DNA of 27,186 bases, from the IMG/VR virus record IMGVR_UViG_3300028920_000230, positions 1-27,186 of that record, one strand, 5' to 3'. Under the pieces are notes generated by a model. It searched no databases and was not told the DNA's origin. It saw nothing but the letters and a program-made list of their open reading frames with translations. A program made the translations under genes and the position numbers. Below, piece after piece: positions 26,100 through 27,186 of this stretch; positions within the stretch are counted from its first letter, which is position 1, and each line of letters begins with the position of its first letter. Origin of the DNA: a virus (Duplodnaviria; Caudoviricetes).

Positions 26100-27046
26100 C
26101 GCAAGAGCTTAATCTAAAAGAAAACCAAATATTGGTATTGCGGAACGTCCGCAGCGACATGACAAGTCATCATGGTTTTGTGTGGCCTTCAGAGGGGTTG
26201 GTAGAGGCTCCCGACTGGAAGGATACCGATGAATGCGGTCATGGTCTTCATGGTCTTCCCTGGGGCGTGGGGGGTGATTATTCATATGCCGAAAATGATG
26301 CAAGATGGCTTGTCGTCCGGGTCTGTACCGATAAGGGCGGATACCGACACGGCACCGGCGACATGCACGACAAGTGCAAGTTCAAGGTCGGTGAGGTTGT
26401 GTACTGTGGCAGTAGAAAAGACGCCGTACATATCATACAAATGTATTGTCCTCCTAACACGCCGGTAAACTGGACGGTACAAGAAGGGATGAACGAATCA
26501 ACCCAAACAGCCGGATACAAATCAACCCAAACAGCCGGAGACGAATCAACCCAAAAAGCCGGATACAAATCAACCCAAACAGCCGGAGACGTCTCAACCC
26601 AAACAGCCGGATACAAATCAACCCAAACAGCCGGAGACGTCTCAACCCAAACAGCCGGGGATTATTCAACCCAAACAGCCCTTTACGGATCAACCCAAAC
26701 AGCCGGAGACAAATCAACCCAAACAGCCGGATACAAATCAACCCAAACAGCCGGATACAAATCAACCCAAACAGCCGGAGACGTCTCAACCCAAACAGCC
26801 GGAGACGATTCAACCCAAACAGCCGGAGACGAATCAGCCCAAACAGCCGGAGACAAATCCACCCAAACAGCCGGATACTATTCAACCCAAACAGCCGGGA
26901 TAGACACAGTACAAATTGTACGATATTTCGAAGGGAACATTCTAAAAGTCAAAACACGCATAATAACCGAAAAGGAAGCCAACAAACCATATGCATTTTA
27001 TGCCGGTGATTGGCATGAAGTAGAGCATTTAACAAACGAACCATAA
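26099..27046 (+). CDS. Miniature ice-nucleation-protein (InaZ-like) homolog: N-domain, ~17 AGxxSTQT repeats, C-cap
   Basis: LVLR...M..H.G..WP..G.VE...W......GL.GL.WG.G...DARW.V..V...KF...EVV..G.R matches the INP N-domain as I recall it. Repeats AGYKSTQT/AGDESTQT. The start aligned to the paralog is ACG at 26099 (track uses TTG 26132). Confidence 0.8.
   Translation, partial: TQELNLKENQILVLRNVRSDMTSHHGFVWPSEGLVEAPDWKDTDECGHGLHGLPWGVGGDYSYAENDARWLVVRVCTDKGGYRHGTGDMHDKCKFKVGEVVYCGSRKDAVHIIQMYCPPNTPVNWTVQEGMNESTQTAGYKSTQTAGDESTQKAGYKSTQTAGDVSTQTAGYKSTQTAGDVSTQTAGDYSTQTALYGSTQTAGDKSTQTAGYKSTQTAGYKSTQTAGDVSTQTAGDDSTQTAGDESAQTAGDKSTQTAGYYSTQTAGIDTVQIVRYFEGNILKVKTRIITEKEANKPYAFYAGDWHEVEHLTNEP
26498..26899 (+). 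repeat. 24-bp coding tandem repeat, 17 copies of core tcaacccaaacagccgga with a 6-nt variable part
   Basis: Direct reading; 402 bp = 16x24 + 18. Confidence 0.95.
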
Positions 27047-27068
27047 AACAAGGTAAAAAGGGGATGAC

Positions 27069-27186
27069 ATGCAAGAGCTTAACCTAAGGGAAAACGAAAT
27101 ATTAGCGCTCCGTAACGTCCGAAGCGACATGACGAGTTATAATGGTTTTGTGTGGCCTTCAGAGGGGTTGGTAGAGGCTCCCGACT
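27069..27186 (+). CDS. Second INP-like paralog (5' end only, runs off window)
   Basis: MQELNLRENEILALRNVRSDMTSYNGFVWPSEGLVEAPD vs (T)QELNLKENQILVLRNVRSDMTSHHGFVWPSEGLVEAPD. Confidence 0.88.
   Translation, partial: MQELNLRENEILALRNVRSDMTSYNGFVWPSEGLVEAPD

Noticed and set aside
26229-26885. Alternative-frame repeat ORFs (RLFGLI, PAVWVD, 79-aa plus ORF)
   Set aside because: Shadows of the 24-bp repeat and the INP-like gene.
26498-26899. CRISPR array or iterons
   Set aside because: Period is 24 with only 6 variable nt, in frame within an ORF, and the variable parts recur; it is a coding repeat.
26099-27186. Diversity-generating retroelement TR/VR pair
   Set aside because: Differences between the copies are not adenine-specific, lie at 5' gene ends, and no reverse transcriptase is in the window.

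Overview
About 27 kb of a temperate, long-non-contractile-tail (siphovirus-like) phage. It appears to be in excised/circular form, because an intact attP-like site (3' half of tRNA-Lys(UUU) flanked by arm-type repeats) has phage genes on both sides. Left to right: (1) the C-terminus of a poly-serine protein, then a cluster of GT9 and GT8-like glycosyltransferases and three SAM-methyltransferase genes directly upstream of the neck genes; (2) head-tail connector, head closure, HK97 gp10 and a frameshifted tail terminator; (3) two paralogous tail tube genes, a tail chaperone with a -1 slippery site, tape measure, a multi-domain Asp-box tail protein and a hub; (4) attP; (5) a plasmid-leading-region-like early operon (ArdC, DUF3560, RHH); (6) a leftward operon with a Cas4/RecB-like nuclease, a recombination protein, xis and int; (7) an XRE repressor, early rightward genes and a replication protein; (8) a tandem pair of miniature ice-nucleation-protein (InaZ-like) homologs. 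The two strongest leads are a candidate serine-glycosylation/methylation system for the virion and the phage mini-INP genes. Family calls come from motif recognition only; no searches were run.
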